Assembly: GCA_017309115.1 (NCBI GenBank)
Contig: JAFLEF010000018.1
Span: forward strand, 20,572 to 84,571
DNA: 64,000 nt
Direction of reading: 5' to 3'
Source of the DNA: Verrucomicrobiota bacterium
GTDB taxonomy: Bacteria > Verrucomicrobiota > Verrucomicrobiia > Limisphaerales > UBA9464
The position numbers and the translations under genes were made by a program. This document shows, piece after piece, positions 54,589 to 64,000 of this stretch. Each line of letters begins with the position of its first letter. The first letter of the stretch is position 1. The notes under the pieces are model-generated. The model did not search any database. It saw nothing but the letters and a program-made list of their open reading frames with translations, and had not been told where the DNA came from.

Positions 54589-57117
54589 ATGAACACCGTG
54601 ACTGGGTCGGTTCGCTCCTTGTTGCTTTTCTGCCTCCTGGGCGGCGGATTCTCCGGTTGGGCCGAGGAAGGCTCGGTTGCAACTGCTCTCGCGAGTACCA
54701 CCGTGAGCGGCCAAATCGACACGTCGTCCGGACAGGAGCGGATTCAGCTGGGTTTCGATCCCGTTCCGGCGACCGAGGAGTACCAAGTTCAGTTCGCACC
54801 GGCGCTGGATGGTATCTTTGCTCCTCTGGCCTCCGCCACCAATGGGTTCCAGTGGACGGGTCCGGTCGGTACCGATGCAGCCGGATTCTATCGGGTTGTT
54901 CCCCGTCAGCTTTCCACCAACGAGTTGTGGGCCACCACGTTGCTGTATCGGGTGGCCTATGGTCCCACTCCCGACGAGGAAGAACGGGTCCGGCAGTTGG
55001 GACCGGAAGCTTACCTTGCGGAACAGCTGAATGCCGAATCAGTTCCGGAGACTCTGGACACCGTCGACGCCACTCCCCGTTGGCAGCGGGTGACGGTCAC
55101 CGGGCTGGGAAGTTCCTCCCGCTTATATCTGTATCTCGACGGTCCGGGGGATGTGTACCTCGACGATCTCCGGCTGGTGGTCGGAACCTCCGACGACGGT
55201 TCGCGTCCGAATCTGCTGCGGAATGGCGGATTCGAAACCGCCTTGGGAACGGACTGGAACTTGTCGCCCAACCTGATTGGGTCTGCCCGCAGCAGCCAAT
55301 TGGTGCGTTCCGGCAACGCGTCGCTGCACCTGATCTCCACCGAGGGTGGGGAAACCCAGGGCTCTTCCATCTACCAGGTCATCACTCCGTCACTGAATGC
55401 TGCGCAGACCTACACCCTGTCATACTGGTATCTCACGTCAGGCCAGGGCGCGCGCCTGACCCTGCGTCTTTCTGGCAGCGGCATTGTCAGCACCCACGGG
55501 CTGAGCGGTGACGCCAACAGTCCGGCGCCCTTGTTCAGCAAGCTGAAGAGTGGGACCGCCACTCGGGCGGATTTGAGGGCCTGGCATGTGCTCCGCGCCA
55601 TTCAATCGCCCAAGCAGTTGCACGAGGTGTTACGACAGTTCTTCGAGAACCACTTCGTAACCCAAGTGAGCAAGACCCAGGATTACTTTGATGGTCGAGG
55701 CTACGATACGCCGGATCCCGAGTATCTCTCGGTACGGACAGAGTTTGTGGAGAACGTCCGCTGGCGGGACGCGTTGTTGAAGCCACAGGTTACGTTCCTC
55801 GATTTGCTGACCATCAGCGCCGAAAGCCCGGCCATGATTGTCTACCTCGATACGGTGACGTCTCGGGGAGATGGTAACAATGTCGCCAATGAAAACTACG
55901 CGCGGGAACTCTGTGAACTGTTCTGCTTCGGCGTGGACAACGGGTACGACCAGCAGGATATCGTCCAAATCTCCCGGGCTTGGACGGGTTGGCGATTGGA
56001 CATTCTGGATCCCGCCAATGAATTCAACCCCCTGGCGGCCCGCAGTACGAACTACCTGAATCCCAACGCCACGGGCACCGGGTTGAACGCGAACACCAAC
56101 GTGCTTGGAGTCTGGGGACTCCGATACCGGGCCGACCGTCACAACAGCCGCGCCAAGTATCTCTTTTACAATTGGGACGCGAAGGGGAATCGGTTGGATT
56201 CCAAGAAAGTTCCGGCGCGGTTTGGTCCGCCGTGGGCGGGGCGGGAGTACGGCAAGATTCTTCCCGCCCGGACTGGTTCGGCGGGCTTGCAGGACGGTTA
56301 TGACATTCTGGCCCACATGGCGAATCAGCCGTTCACGCAGGAGTATCTGTCGGTGAAACTGTGCCGACTGTTGGTTCACGACGGGTTCGCTCATGGCTAC
56401 GACTTCGCGGACGGTACGACCACTCCCGAGGAGGAGTTGGTTCGGAGCTGCATGCTGGCCTGGGAGAATGCCAAACCGCAGGGACAACTTCGTCCGGTGC
56501 TGCAAGTGATCTTCAATTCTGAGCTGTTCCGAAATCATGACGCCTCCCTTCAGAAGGCACGAACCCCTCTGGAGTTCGCCGTCGGCACGATCCGAGCGCT
56601 GCGGGCGCGCAAAGCGGATGGCACTTACACCGCCGAAACCGACGGCTATAGCGTGTACAACTTCATGAATCGGGCGGGTCGAATGCGGCTATTTGATCGG
56701 GCCGAACCGGATGGTTATCCGGAAGATGCGCCCGGTTGGATTTCTGCCGGCACGTTGGCGGAACGTCTCCGGTTCGTGCAGTCGGCGCTGATGCCGGCGG
56801 GGATGGAAGGGAAGTCCGATGCCGGTGCCAGCACCCGGGTGGATGTGCTCGGTCTTCTCCAGTCCAAGCTGGGATCCGCCGCGCTGCAGGACCCCGTTCG
56901 GGTGACCGACTACCTCCTCGCCACCTTGTTCCCGGCAGAAGGTCAGGCGAATCTGCAAGCCTACCGCGAAGTGGCCCTCCAGTTTCTCAACACAGCCGAC
57001 GACGGGGTGACTGCCTCGCCGTTTGCCAATCTGTCGCCCGGCGGTACCGCTCATGATCAGCGCTTGCGGGGTCTGGTCGGATTGCTGATGTCCACCCAAC
57101 GGTTCCAGGAACAGTAA
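54589..57117 (+). CDS. DUF1800 domain-containing protein with N-terminal FYRV module and carbohydrate-binding-like domain
   Basis: Start at ATG 54589 (signal peptide MNTVTGSVRSLLLFCLLGG). NLLRNGGFETALGTDWNL is CBM4/9-like. The C-terminal 450 aa (ENHFVT..., NENYARELCELFCFGVDNGYDQQDI) are typical of DUF1800. Followed by its usual DUF1501 partner. Confidence 0.75.
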   Translation: MNTVTGSVRSLLLFCLLGGGFSGWAEEGSVATALASTTVSGQIDTSSGQERIQLGFDPVPATEEYQVQFAPALDGIFAPLASATNGFQWTGPVGTDAAGFYRVVPRQLSTNELWATTLLYRVAYGPTPDEEERVRQLGPEAYLAEQLNAESVPETLDTVDATPRWQRVTVTGLGSSSRLYLYLDGPGDVYLDDLRLVVGTSDDGSRPNLLRNGGFETALGTDWNLSPNLIGSARSSQLVRSGNASLHLISTEGGETQGSSIYQVITPSLNAAQTYTLSYWYLTSGQGARLTLRLSGSGIVSTHGLSGDANSPAPLFSKLKSGTATRADLRAWHVLRAIQSPKQLHEVLRQFFENHFVTQVSKTQDYFDGRGYDTPDPEYLSVRTEFVENVRWRDALLKPQVTFLDLLTISAESPAMIVYLDTVTSRGDGNNVANENYARELCELFCFGVDNGYDQQDIVQISRAWTGWRLDILDPANEFNPLAARSTNYLNPNATGTGLNANTNVLGVWGLRYRADRHNSRAKYLFYNWDAKGNRLDSKKVPARFGPPWAGREYGKILPARTGSAGLQDGYDILAHMANQPFTQEYLSVKLCRLLVHDGFAHGYDFADGTTTPEEELVRSCMLAWENAKPQGQLRPVLQVIFNSELFRNHDASLQKARTPLEFAVGTIRALRARKADGTYTAETDGYSVYNFMNRAGRMRLFDRAEPDGYPEDAPGWISAGTLAERLRFVQSALMPAGMEGKSDAGASTRVDVLGLLQSKLGSAALQDPVRVTDYLLATLFPAEGQANLQAYREVALQFLNTADDGVTASPFANLSPGGTAHDQRLRGLVGLLMSTQRFQEQ

Positions 57118-57136
57118 CCAAAGGACCCTCCCACGC

Positions 57137-58807
57137 ATGAACATCCTTTCCCGCCGTTCCTTTCTTTCCCACAGCACCAAGCTGGGCCTGGGAGCCGCCC
57201 TCGCCTCCTTGACGGACATTCCCTTCGTCATGCAGCGCGCGCTGGCCGAGGGCACCATCGGTCAACCCGGTCCCAACGGTCGGGTGCGCAAGCTTTTGTT
57301 CCTCTTCCTGCGCGGCGCCAATGACGGTCTGAATTCCGTGATTCCCTTGGCGGATCCGGCCTATCTCACGAGCCGGCCCAATCTGGCGCTGACAGCCGAT
57401 CCGTTGCAGCCGGTGGCCCGGATCGGGCCCGCGTTCTATCCCGAAGTGGGTTCGGTTGCCGGCACCTACAGTCATCCCTACGCCCTGCCGTTGGGCAATG
57501 GCTTTGCCGCCCTGCATCCGTCACTGAAATTTCTCGCCCCTCTGTACAACTCCGGCGACCTGGCCCTCGTGCATCGCGTGGGGTATCCGAAGCAGTCCCG
57601 TTCCCACTTTGATTCCCAAGCCTACTGGGAGACGGGCGCCCCGGCGGATTCCGGAGTGAAGGATGGGCTGTTGTATCGGGCCATGATCGAGTCGGGACTG
57701 GCCAACACGTCGCCTCTGACGGCGGTGAGCATTGGTTCGTCCCTGCCGCTGATCCTGCGGGGTTCGAAGGCGGCGATGACCAACATCAGCGATCCCACCC
57801 GGTACAGTCTGCTGTCCATTCCCAACACGGTTCCGGGGAATTCGAAGGCGGCGGCGGCCTTGGCGGCGGCCAATGCCGCGCGATTTGCGGACAAACGGGA
57901 ACGGGATCTGTTGGAGCTTCAGTACAAGAATTTGAGCGAGACCCTGCAGTTGTTCGCCCAGCTGAAGTTCGACGAGACTGACAATACCTTCCGGGACGAC
58001 GTGGCCACCGATGGCGATACGGATTGGGCGAATGCCAACGGAGGTGGTTACTATTTGTTTCCCACCACGGCCGAGAAGAATGGCGGTTGGCGGCGAACGT
58101 CGGGGAATCGGGCCGACAAATACGTGGTTCCGACCAGCGCCCACGAGTTCTTTGAACGGCTCAAGGCGGCTTCCATCATCCTCAACAACACCGATGCCCT
58201 GGTGGCGGGGGTCTCCATTGACGGTTGGGATACCCATAGCGACCAGGTGGATCCCAAGAATGACACCACCGGTCAGGGTTCGCATACGGGAAGTCATGCC
58301 GGCTTGCTACGGCGGGTCGGTTGGTCCCTCTATGCGTTGCAGAAGTATTTCACGCGGTACGCCAATAAGTGCCGTTGGGACGATCTCGCGGTAGTGACGC
58401 TGTCGGAGTTCGGCCGAACGACCATCGAAAACTCCGACGCCGGGACCGATCATGCCGAGGCCAGTGTCATGTGGGTGGCTGGCGGTAATGTGAAGGGGTT
58501 CGAGCCTGGTTCGAGCGGTGGAGTGAAGCGGACGGGGGTGTGGAACTGCGGCGGGGACGGTGACCGAGTCCTTCCTTGGGTGACTGGACCCACCGGATCC
58601 ATGTTCCGGGCGGGTGACCGCTATCTCCAACGCAACACGGACTACCGTTCAGTCTTGGGGAAGATCATCCGGGATCATCTGGGAGCCTCGCCGGAGCAGT
58701 TAAACCGGATCATTCCGGGCTATACGCAGGCTGGCGAAAGCCTCCAGCGCGGGGGAGTGCAGTCGAAAGACAACACGCCGATCATCGGGGAGCCGGACGT
58801 GATCTGA
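57137..58807 (+). CDS. DUF1501 domain-containing protein (Tat signal)
   Basis: MNILSRRSFLSHSTKLGLGAALA leader. LLFLFLRGANDGLN ... SEFGRT ... GTDHAEA motifs. Confidence 0.8.
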   Translation: MNILSRRSFLSHSTKLGLGAALASLTDIPFVMQRALAEGTIGQPGPNGRVRKLLFLFLRGANDGLNSVIPLADPAYLTSRPNLALTADPLQPVARIGPAFYPEVGSVAGTYSHPYALPLGNGFAALHPSLKFLAPLYNSGDLALVHRVGYPKQSRSHFDSQAYWETGAPADSGVKDGLLYRAMIESGLANTSPLTAVSIGSSLPLILRGSKAAMTNISDPTRYSLLSIPNTVPGNSKAAAALAAANAARFADKRERDLLELQYKNLSETLQLFAQLKFDETDNTFRDDVATDGDTDWANANGGGYYLFPTTAEKNGGWRRTSGNRADKYVVPTSAHEFFERLKAASIILNNTDALVAGVSIDGWDTHSDQVDPKNDTTGQGSHTGSHAGLLRRVGWSLYALQKYFTRYANKCRWDDLAVVTLSEFGRTTIENSDAGTDHAEASVMWVAGGNVKGFEPGSSGGVKRTGVWNCGGDGDRVLPWVTGPTGSMFRAGDRYLQRNTDYRSVLGKIIRDHLGASPEQLNRIIPGYTQAGESLQRGGVQSKDNTPIIGEPDVI

Positions 58808-58826
58808 ATCCGGACGACTCTGCCGG

Positions 58827-59597
58827 TTACTGATTGAACCGGGTGGGAGGCGGCAGCGGGAGCGGAACCCGACCGCTGGAATCGGTGGGCTGTGGCACAT
58901 TCTGAATGGGGTTAACGTCGGTTCCGGGTCGGACCGGAAGCTGCCGGATATTTCCCACATTTCCCGCACTGGCGGATTCGGTGACGTTGCCCGGGGAGTA
59001 AGTGGCGGCAGGAGCTGGAGTCGGGTTGTACCCTTGATTCCCGCCGCTGAGATTGACTCCGCCGCGCCCGATGACGACCGGACCGCCGGAGTTGAACTGG
59101 GGGGCCTGGGTGGGAACTGGGGCGACCGGCGTGGGGACGGCTCCCGGGCGACCCGGCACACCCGGAACTGGCGTACCCGCAACAGACTTCAGGCCGTTGT
59201 CCTTGAAATTCAGGGTGACTTCCCGACCCCCAATCAACGTCCGGACCGACCCATTCTTGGCGTCGATCTCCAGCACCTTGAGATCCTCCAACTCCTCCCC
59301 TTCGAACACCGTTTCGTATTCCGCCGTCTTGCCGCCTGGACGATTGATGGCGAAGTAGGCTTTTTTTTGGCCGCCGGAGTTGGACACCCCGGTCAGGAAG
59401 ACATTAGGCGGAGCGGCCGGGGGCGGGGCCACGACTTCTGGGGCCGGTGGCGGAGCCGGCGGACGAATGCCGAAGGCGTTGCGGTTGGTCAGACTCAGGT
59501 ACGGATTGTCCGTCGGGGTCGCCGCCCCAACCGTGACGGCCCCCAGCCACAGCGGCAGGAGAAGGCGCAACGTTCCGAAACGGCGAACAGAATTCAT
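58827..59597 (-). CDS. Secreted Pro-rich hypothetical protein (256 aa)
   Basis: Start moved to MNSVRRFGTLRLLLPLWLGAVTVGAA (CAT 59595-59597), 19 nt after the OMF gene stop. The upstream 133 codons of the track ORF are antisense-type Arg/Trp-rich sequence overlapping the OMF gene. Confidence 0.55.
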   Translation of the reverse strand: MNSVRRFGTLRLLLPLWLGAVTVGAATPTDNPYLSLTNRNAFGIRPPAPPPAPEVVAPPPAAPPNVFLTGVSNSGGQKKAYFAINRPGGKTAEYETVFEGEELEDLKVLEIDAKNGSVRTLIGGREVTLNFKDNGLKSVAGTPVPGVPGRPGAVPTPVAPVPTQAPQFNSGGPVVIGRGGVNLSGGNQGYNPTPAPAATYSPGNVTESASAGNVGNIRQLPVRPGTDVNPIQNVPQPTDSSGRVPLPLPPPTRFNQ

Positions 59598-59616
59598 GGC
59601 GGAGAAACAAACACCG

Positions 59617-61107
59617 TCACTTCGGCAAAGTTGCCGTTTCCACCGGCGGAGACCACGTCGGATTGTTGGTGATGTTCCAGCCGCCGCCCAAAGCGCGGTA
59701 CAAGTCCACCACCGCGTTGGCCTCGGCAAAGCGAGCCTGAGCCAGCTCGCTCTGGGTGGGATACAACTGTTGTTGCGCCTCCAAGACTTCGAAATAACTG
59801 GCCCTACCATTGAGGTACCGGTCGGTGGAGATTTTGACTGACGACTCCAAGGCCGCGACTGCCTTCTCGCTTTCGATTCGGACCGCAATGTACTTCTGGC
59901 GCGCCACCAAGGCGTCGGAGACTTCGCGTAAGGCGTTGAGAACCACCTGTTCGTATTGGGCCGCGGCCGCCAGGTAAACGGCTTTGGAAGCCTCATACTG
60001 AGCGCGAATTCGGCCGCCTTGGAAGATCGGTCCAGTCACGCCGGCCGCAATGGACCAGATCCGCGAAGACCCCCCAGTGAAGGCATCCAGAGCGGTGCTG
60101 CCCTGCCCAAACAGACCGGTTAGGCTGATCGACGGGAAAAACTGAGCCTTGTTGGCCCCAATCAGCGCGTTGGCCGAGATCAACGCCTGTTCCGCCGCGG
60201 CGACATCCGGACGCCGCTTCAAGAGCTCGCTGGGGATTCCGGCAGGAATCTCCGGGCCGACGGCCGTTTGTTGACTGACGGACTTGTTGCCCCGCGGAAT
60301 CGGACCAGGAGGTCGGCCGAGTAGCAGATTAATGGCGTTCTCAGCGGCAACCACCCGACGCTCCAAGTCGGGAACCGTGGAGGCTGCGCGGGCGAGGGAG
60401 GCACTGGCCCGATCCGTCTCCAATCGGGATGCTACCCCTCCCTGCAGTCGATCTTCGAAGATCTTCAACGTTCCGGTGAACGCATTCGTCGCCTCCCGCT
60501 TGATGGCCAGGTCTGCATCCAAGGTCAGCAACTGAAGGTACGCGGTCGCCAAGTCACTGACGATGATGAGCCGCAGATTGCGTTCTCCATCCGCGGTGGC
60601 GAGGTATTGCGCACGCGCTGCTTCGGTCAACCGACGAATCTGCCCCCAGACGTCCAGTTCCCAAGAAGCGACTCCGAGGATCATGGGATAATTCTGCGTG
60701 GAGCCGCCGCTTCCGGGAACGGGATTGCCGGCCACCGCGTTCTTGCCGCGGGAAATCGACCCGGAATAACCCAACTGCGGGAAGAGGGGTGAGCGGGCAA
60801 TGGTGACTTGCTGCCGGGCCGCTTCCACCTGGGCGACGATCTGCCGCAGGTTGTAGTTGTTGGTCATCGCCTGACTAATCAAGTCCACGAGAACTGGATC
60901 CTGAAACAGGCTCCACCACGGCAGGTCGGCCAGCGAATTGGTGCCGGCCAGGGCCGGCCCCCGAAACTCCGAGGTCACCTGGGTCTCCGGGCGCTTGTAA
61001 TCGGGTCCCATGGCACAACCGGCCAGGATGACAGCGAACACCAAAGTGGTGATCAGAGAAACCCATCGGAAGGACGGGTTCAGGTCGGCAGCATTTGTGG
61101 GAGCCAT
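59617..61107 (-). CDS. RND efflux outer-membrane factor lipoprotein (NodT family)
   Basis: Lipobox ILAGC|AMGPDYKRPE and two TolC-like repeats. 496 aa. Confidence 0.85.
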   Translation of the reverse strand: MAPTNAADLNPSFRWVSLITTLVFAVILAGCAMGPDYKRPETQVTSEFRGPALAGTNSLADLPWWSLFQDPVLVDLISQAMTNNYNLRQIVAQVEAARQQVTIARSPLFPQLGYSGSISRGKNAVAGNPVPGSGGSTQNYPMILGVASWELDVWGQIRRLTEAARAQYLATADGERNLRLIIVSDLATAYLQLLTLDADLAIKREATNAFTGTLKIFEDRLQGGVASRLETDRASASLARAASTVPDLERRVVAAENAINLLLGRPPGPIPRGNKSVSQQTAVGPEIPAGIPSELLKRRPDVAAAEQALISANALIGANKAQFFPSISLTGLFGQGSTALDAFTGGSSRIWSIAAGVTGPIFQGGRIRAQYEASKAVYLAAAAQYEQVVLNALREVSDALVARQKYIAVRIESEKAVAALESSVKISTDRYLNGRASYFEVLEAQQQLYPTQSELAQARFAEANAVVDLYRALGGGWNITNNPTWSPPVETATLPK

Positions 61108-61110
61108 CTA

Positions 61111-62013
61111 TTATTCCTTTTCCAACTGTTTGCGGGCTTGGACAAGCCTTCGGCGGGCTGACTCATCCACGTGTGGAAACTCTAGGTTCAGGGACGTGAG
61201 CGCGTCAATGACCGCGGCAGCGACCACAATTCGCGTGAACCACTTGTTGTCCGCCGGAACCACATACCAGGGACATTCCGGAGTGGCGGTGTTGCGAATC
61301 GTCTCCTCATAGGCCGCCATATACTCCGGCCACCGCTGACGTTCAGCCACATCGGCACTTGAGAACTTCCAGTTTTTCTCCGGCTCGTTCAACCGCTCCA
61401 GGAACCGTCGCTTCTGTTCCTTCTTGGAAACGTGCAGGAAAAATTTCCGCACCAGAATTCCGTTTCGGGACAGATACCGCTCGTAGGCGCGAATGTCCTG
61501 GAACCGTTCGTCCCAGATGTTTTTGCCAATCAGTTCCGGCGGCAGCTTCTGATGGTGGAGTAGTTCGGGACGGACCCGCACGACGAGCGTTTCCTCATAG
61601 TAGGAGCGATTGAAGATCCCGATGCGCCCCCGCTCCGGCAGATGCCGGGAACAACGCCACAAAAAGTCATGGTCCAGTTCCTCGCTCGTTGGAGCCTTGA
61701 AGGAGCACACTTGGCAACCCTGAGGATTCACCCCGGACATCACGTGCTTGATCACGCCGTCTTTGCCGGCCGCATCCATCGCCTGAAAGATCAGCAGCAC
61801 GGCCCATTTGTCCTGCGCATACAGCCGCTCCTGGAGCTCGGACAAGGTTTCCACGCCCAATCGCAGGGCTTCACCGGCCCGATCCTTGTCGTCGGAGGTC
61901 AGGTGGCGCGTGTCCTCAGGATCATAATCCCGGAGCCGGAACCGCTTGCCCTTGTCCACCCGAAAGGGGTCCGCAAACCGGTGGGCGATCTGCGCAGCCT
62001 TCTTGAAATTCAT
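61111..62013 (-). CDS. ppk2: Polyphosphate kinase 2 family protein
   Basis: VLLIFQAMDAAGKDGVIKHVMSGVNPQG (Walker A-like) ... FNRSYYEE ... LHVSKKEQKRRFLERL are typical PPK2 motifs. Confidence 0.85.
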   Translation of the reverse strand: MNFKKAAQIAHRFADPFRVDKGKRFRLRDYDPEDTRHLTSDDKDRAGEALRLGVETLSELQERLYAQDKWAVLLIFQAMDAAGKDGVIKHVMSGVNPQGCQVCSFKAPTSEELDHDFLWRCSRHLPERGRIGIFNRSYYEETLVVRVRPELLHHQKLPPELIGKNIWDERFQDIRAYERYLSRNGILVRKFFLHVSKKEQKRRFLERLNEPEKNWKFSSADVAERQRWPEYMAAYEETIRNTATPECPWYVVPADNKWFTRIVVAAAVIDALTSLNLEFPHVDESARRRLVQARKQLEKE

Positions 62014-62027
62014 GCGCTCGGGGTGAC

Positions 62028-62453
62028 TCAGGCAGCGGCATTCGGATCATGTCGGTTCCGGTATTGTTGCAACCAGGACCGGAGCCGTTCCTTCAGGTTT
62101 CCTCCCTGGGTTCGATCCAACCAGGCTCGCAACTGTTCGGCACTGACCGTGACTGGATCCACCTTGGCCTTGGATCCCAATTGGTCGAGCAACTGCATCA
62201 CGGCCTGCGACGATTCGAACACGACTGGATCCAAGGCGTCCGGCTTGCCCAATGAAAAGTAATACATGAGGTCGGCCCAATTTCCGTCCGGCCGGAGGGC
62301 AAACAGCTTTTCCTCCTGACGATCATCGCCCGGGGCAACCCCGATTTGAACCACTAGGAAGGGGCCCCGATCCTCGATCGTGGCGTCGGGATTGATGTTC
62401 CAGAGTTCCACATCCTGGAAATGGTTGGTCAGAGTTCGTTTGGAGGTTTGCAT
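62028..62453 (-). CDS. Hypothetical protein (141 aa)
   Basis: Clean ORF between the RND permease and ppk2, with ordinary composition. No motif recognised. Confidence 0.5.
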   Translation of the reverse strand: MQTSKRTLTNHFQDVELWNINPDATIEDRGPFLVVQIGVAPGDDRQEEKLFALRPDGNWADLMYYFSLGKPDALDPVVFESSQAVMQLLDQLGSKAKVDPVTVSAEQLRAWLDRTQGGNLKERLRSWLQQYRNRHDPNAAA

Positions 62454-62477
62454 ATGGTCGGCGCCAAGGATCGAAGG

Positions 62478-64000
62478 TTAGTGGGATGGAGTGGGAGTCG
62501 GAGTGGGCGTCGGTTCGCCGGTCGACGCGGAGGCTTCGGGACCAGTGTGCTTACCGCCACTGAGTTTCTCCACGACGTAGAACGCAACGGGGATGAGGAA
62601 AATGGCCACGAAACTCGCGGCTAGCATGCCGCCAATGACCGTGAAGCCCATGACCTGACGTGACAGCGCGCCGGCGCCGCTCGCCTTGGCCAGCGGAACG
62701 CAGCCCAAGATGAAGGCGAAACTGGTCATGAGAATGGGGCGCAACCGCAACCGCGCGCCTTCCAATGATGCCTCCAACAAGGGTTTGCCTTGGTCGTATC
62801 CCATCTTCGCGAACTCCACGATCAGGATCGCGTTCTTGGCGGCCAGACCGATCAACATCACCAATCCGATCTGCGCATAGATGTTGTTCTCGTAGTGCCC
62901 GATCATGATGCCGGCGAAGGCGCCGAACACCGCGATGGGTGTGCCCAGCAGCACGGAGAACGGCAGGGACCAGCTCTCATATTGGGCGGCGAGAATCAGG
63001 AAGACGCAGAGCAGCGAGAATCCGAAGATCACCATCGGCGAGACGCCCTGTTGGGCCTTCTTTTCCTGATAGCTCATGCCCATGTAATTGTAGCCCATGC
63101 CCGGCGGCATGGTTTCGGCGAAGACTTCCTCCAAGGCCTTCATGGCCTGGGCTGAGCTGAAGCCGGGTCGGGACGAGGCGTTGATCTGCGCGGCTTCATG
63201 CAGATTGAACCGCATGGTGAATTCCGGGCCTTCGGTCTTGCGAATGGTGGTCAGCGCGTCGAGCGGCACCTTGTCGCCGGCAGTGTTCAGCACGTAGAAC
63301 TGACCGAGGTTTTCCGCATCTGTTCGGTAGTCGCCTTCGGCCTGAACGTACACCTGCCACTGGCGGCCGAACCGGTTGAAATAGTTCACGAATGCTCCGC
63401 CCATGAAGCACTGCATCGTGGCGTAGACATCCTTCAACGGCACCTGCTGCTGGATCACCTGATCGCGATCCACATCGACGTAAACCTGGGGCACGGACAA
63501 CAGCGCGGTGGAGAACACTCCGGCCAATTCGGGCCGCTTCTGCGCCGCTGCGATGAACTTCGGCAAATTGGGCTCGAGCAATCCGCCCGTATGATCCTCG
63601 AGAATGAAGGTCACGCCGCCGGACGTGCCGACCCCGGGAATGGCCGGTGGCGGGAAGGAAAACCCAATGGCACCGGGAATCTTCGCGAACTCCCGATTGA
63701 TACGTTCCTTGATCGCGCTGTACTGCTCTTCGGGTTTCGTGCGCTTGCTCCATTCCTCCAATGTGATGAAGAAGAACCCGCTGTAGGTGTTGTTCACGCC
63801 GCTCAGCAGGCTGAAGCCGACCACGGAGGAGTAGTATTTGACGCCCGGAACGTTCTTCAGGATTTCCTCGGCCTGACGCACGACGGCATCCGTTCGTTGC
63901 AACGACGCCGCATTGGGCAACTGCACCCCGGCGAACACGTAGCCTTGATCCTCGTCTGGCAGGAAGCTGGTGGGAATGGATCGTCCCAGCAATCCGGCCG
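62478..64000 (-). CDS. RND efflux permease (AcrB/HAE1-type), C-terminal half; 5' end outside the window
   Basis: FLPDEDQGYVF..., multiple TM helices (LIGLAAKNAILIVEFA...) and a C-terminal TP-repeat tail. The frame stays open to the window edge. Confidence 0.85.
   Translation of the reverse strand, partial: AGLLGRSIPTSFLPDEDQGYVFAGVQLPNAASLQRTDAVVRQAEEILKNVPGVKYYSSVVGFSLLSGVNNTYSGFFFITLEEWSKRTKPEEQYSAIKERINREFAKIPGAIGFSFPPPAIPGVGTSGGVTFILEDHTGGLLEPNLPKFIAAAQKRPELAGVFSTALLSVPQVYVDVDRDQVIQQQVPLKDVYATMQCFMGGAFVNYFNRFGRQWQVYVQAEGDYRTDAENLGQFYVLNTAGDKVPLDALTTIRKTEGPEFTMRFNLHEAAQINASSRPGFSSAQAMKALEEVFAETMPPGMGYNYMGMSYQEKKAQQGVSPMVIFGFSLLCVFLILAAQYESWSLPFSVLLGTPIAVFGAFAGIMIGHYENNIYAQIGLVMLIGLAAKNAILIVEFAKMGYDQGKPLLEASLEGARLRLRPILMTSFAFILGCVPLAKASGAGALSRQVMGFTVIGGMLAASFVAIFLIPVAFYVVEKLSGGKHTGPEASASTGEPTPTPTPTPSH

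Overview
This is a high-GC (about 60-63% by eye) 64-kb chromosomal segment. Its gene content points to a PVC-superphylum bacterium, most likely Verrucomicrobiota: DUF1552/DUF1592-type and DUF1800/DUF1501 pairs, prepilin-like H-X9-DG proteins, a PEP-CTERM protein, and ECF sigma factors wired to Ser/Thr kinases. I call about 58 protein genes, 3 minus-strand tRNAs (Thr-UGU, Leu-GAG, Pro-CGG), one REP/RAYT-type element, several tandem repeats, one terminator-like hairpin and one weak ECF-type promoter candidate. I found no rRNA and no CRISPR. Most of the window is ordinary envelope, regulatory and metabolic content. The stretch from about 31.8 to 46.8 kb looks accessory and holds four modules. (i) An overlapping gene pair: a P-loop NTPase and a protein with six exact-phase 48-aa TPR-like repeats. 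(ii) An AraC/DUF1761/secreted-protein module. (iii) A HUH-Y1 (RAYT-like) transposase flanked by nine copies of a 20-bp REP-like motif. (iv) A tight five-gene minus-strand operon: SWIM-like, unknown 441 aa, VWA, MoxR-type AAA+, and a ~980-aa DUF5682-like protein. Module (iv) has the same domain set as the functionally unassigned E. coli yehL-yehM-yehP-yehQ cluster and is my top candidate for an undescribed system; the NTPase/TPR pair is second. Other notable items are a mirror-image kinase-sigma/sigma-kinase block, two abutting heptanucleotide microsatellites in a convergent intergenic region, and a protein with an internally duplicated 60-aa domain. All family assignments come from motif recognition by eye on the supplied or hand-made translations. 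No database search, HMM scan or structure prediction was run. Several start codons were moved inward from the ORF track where a signal peptide, Tat motif or neighbouring gene made the long ORF implausible.
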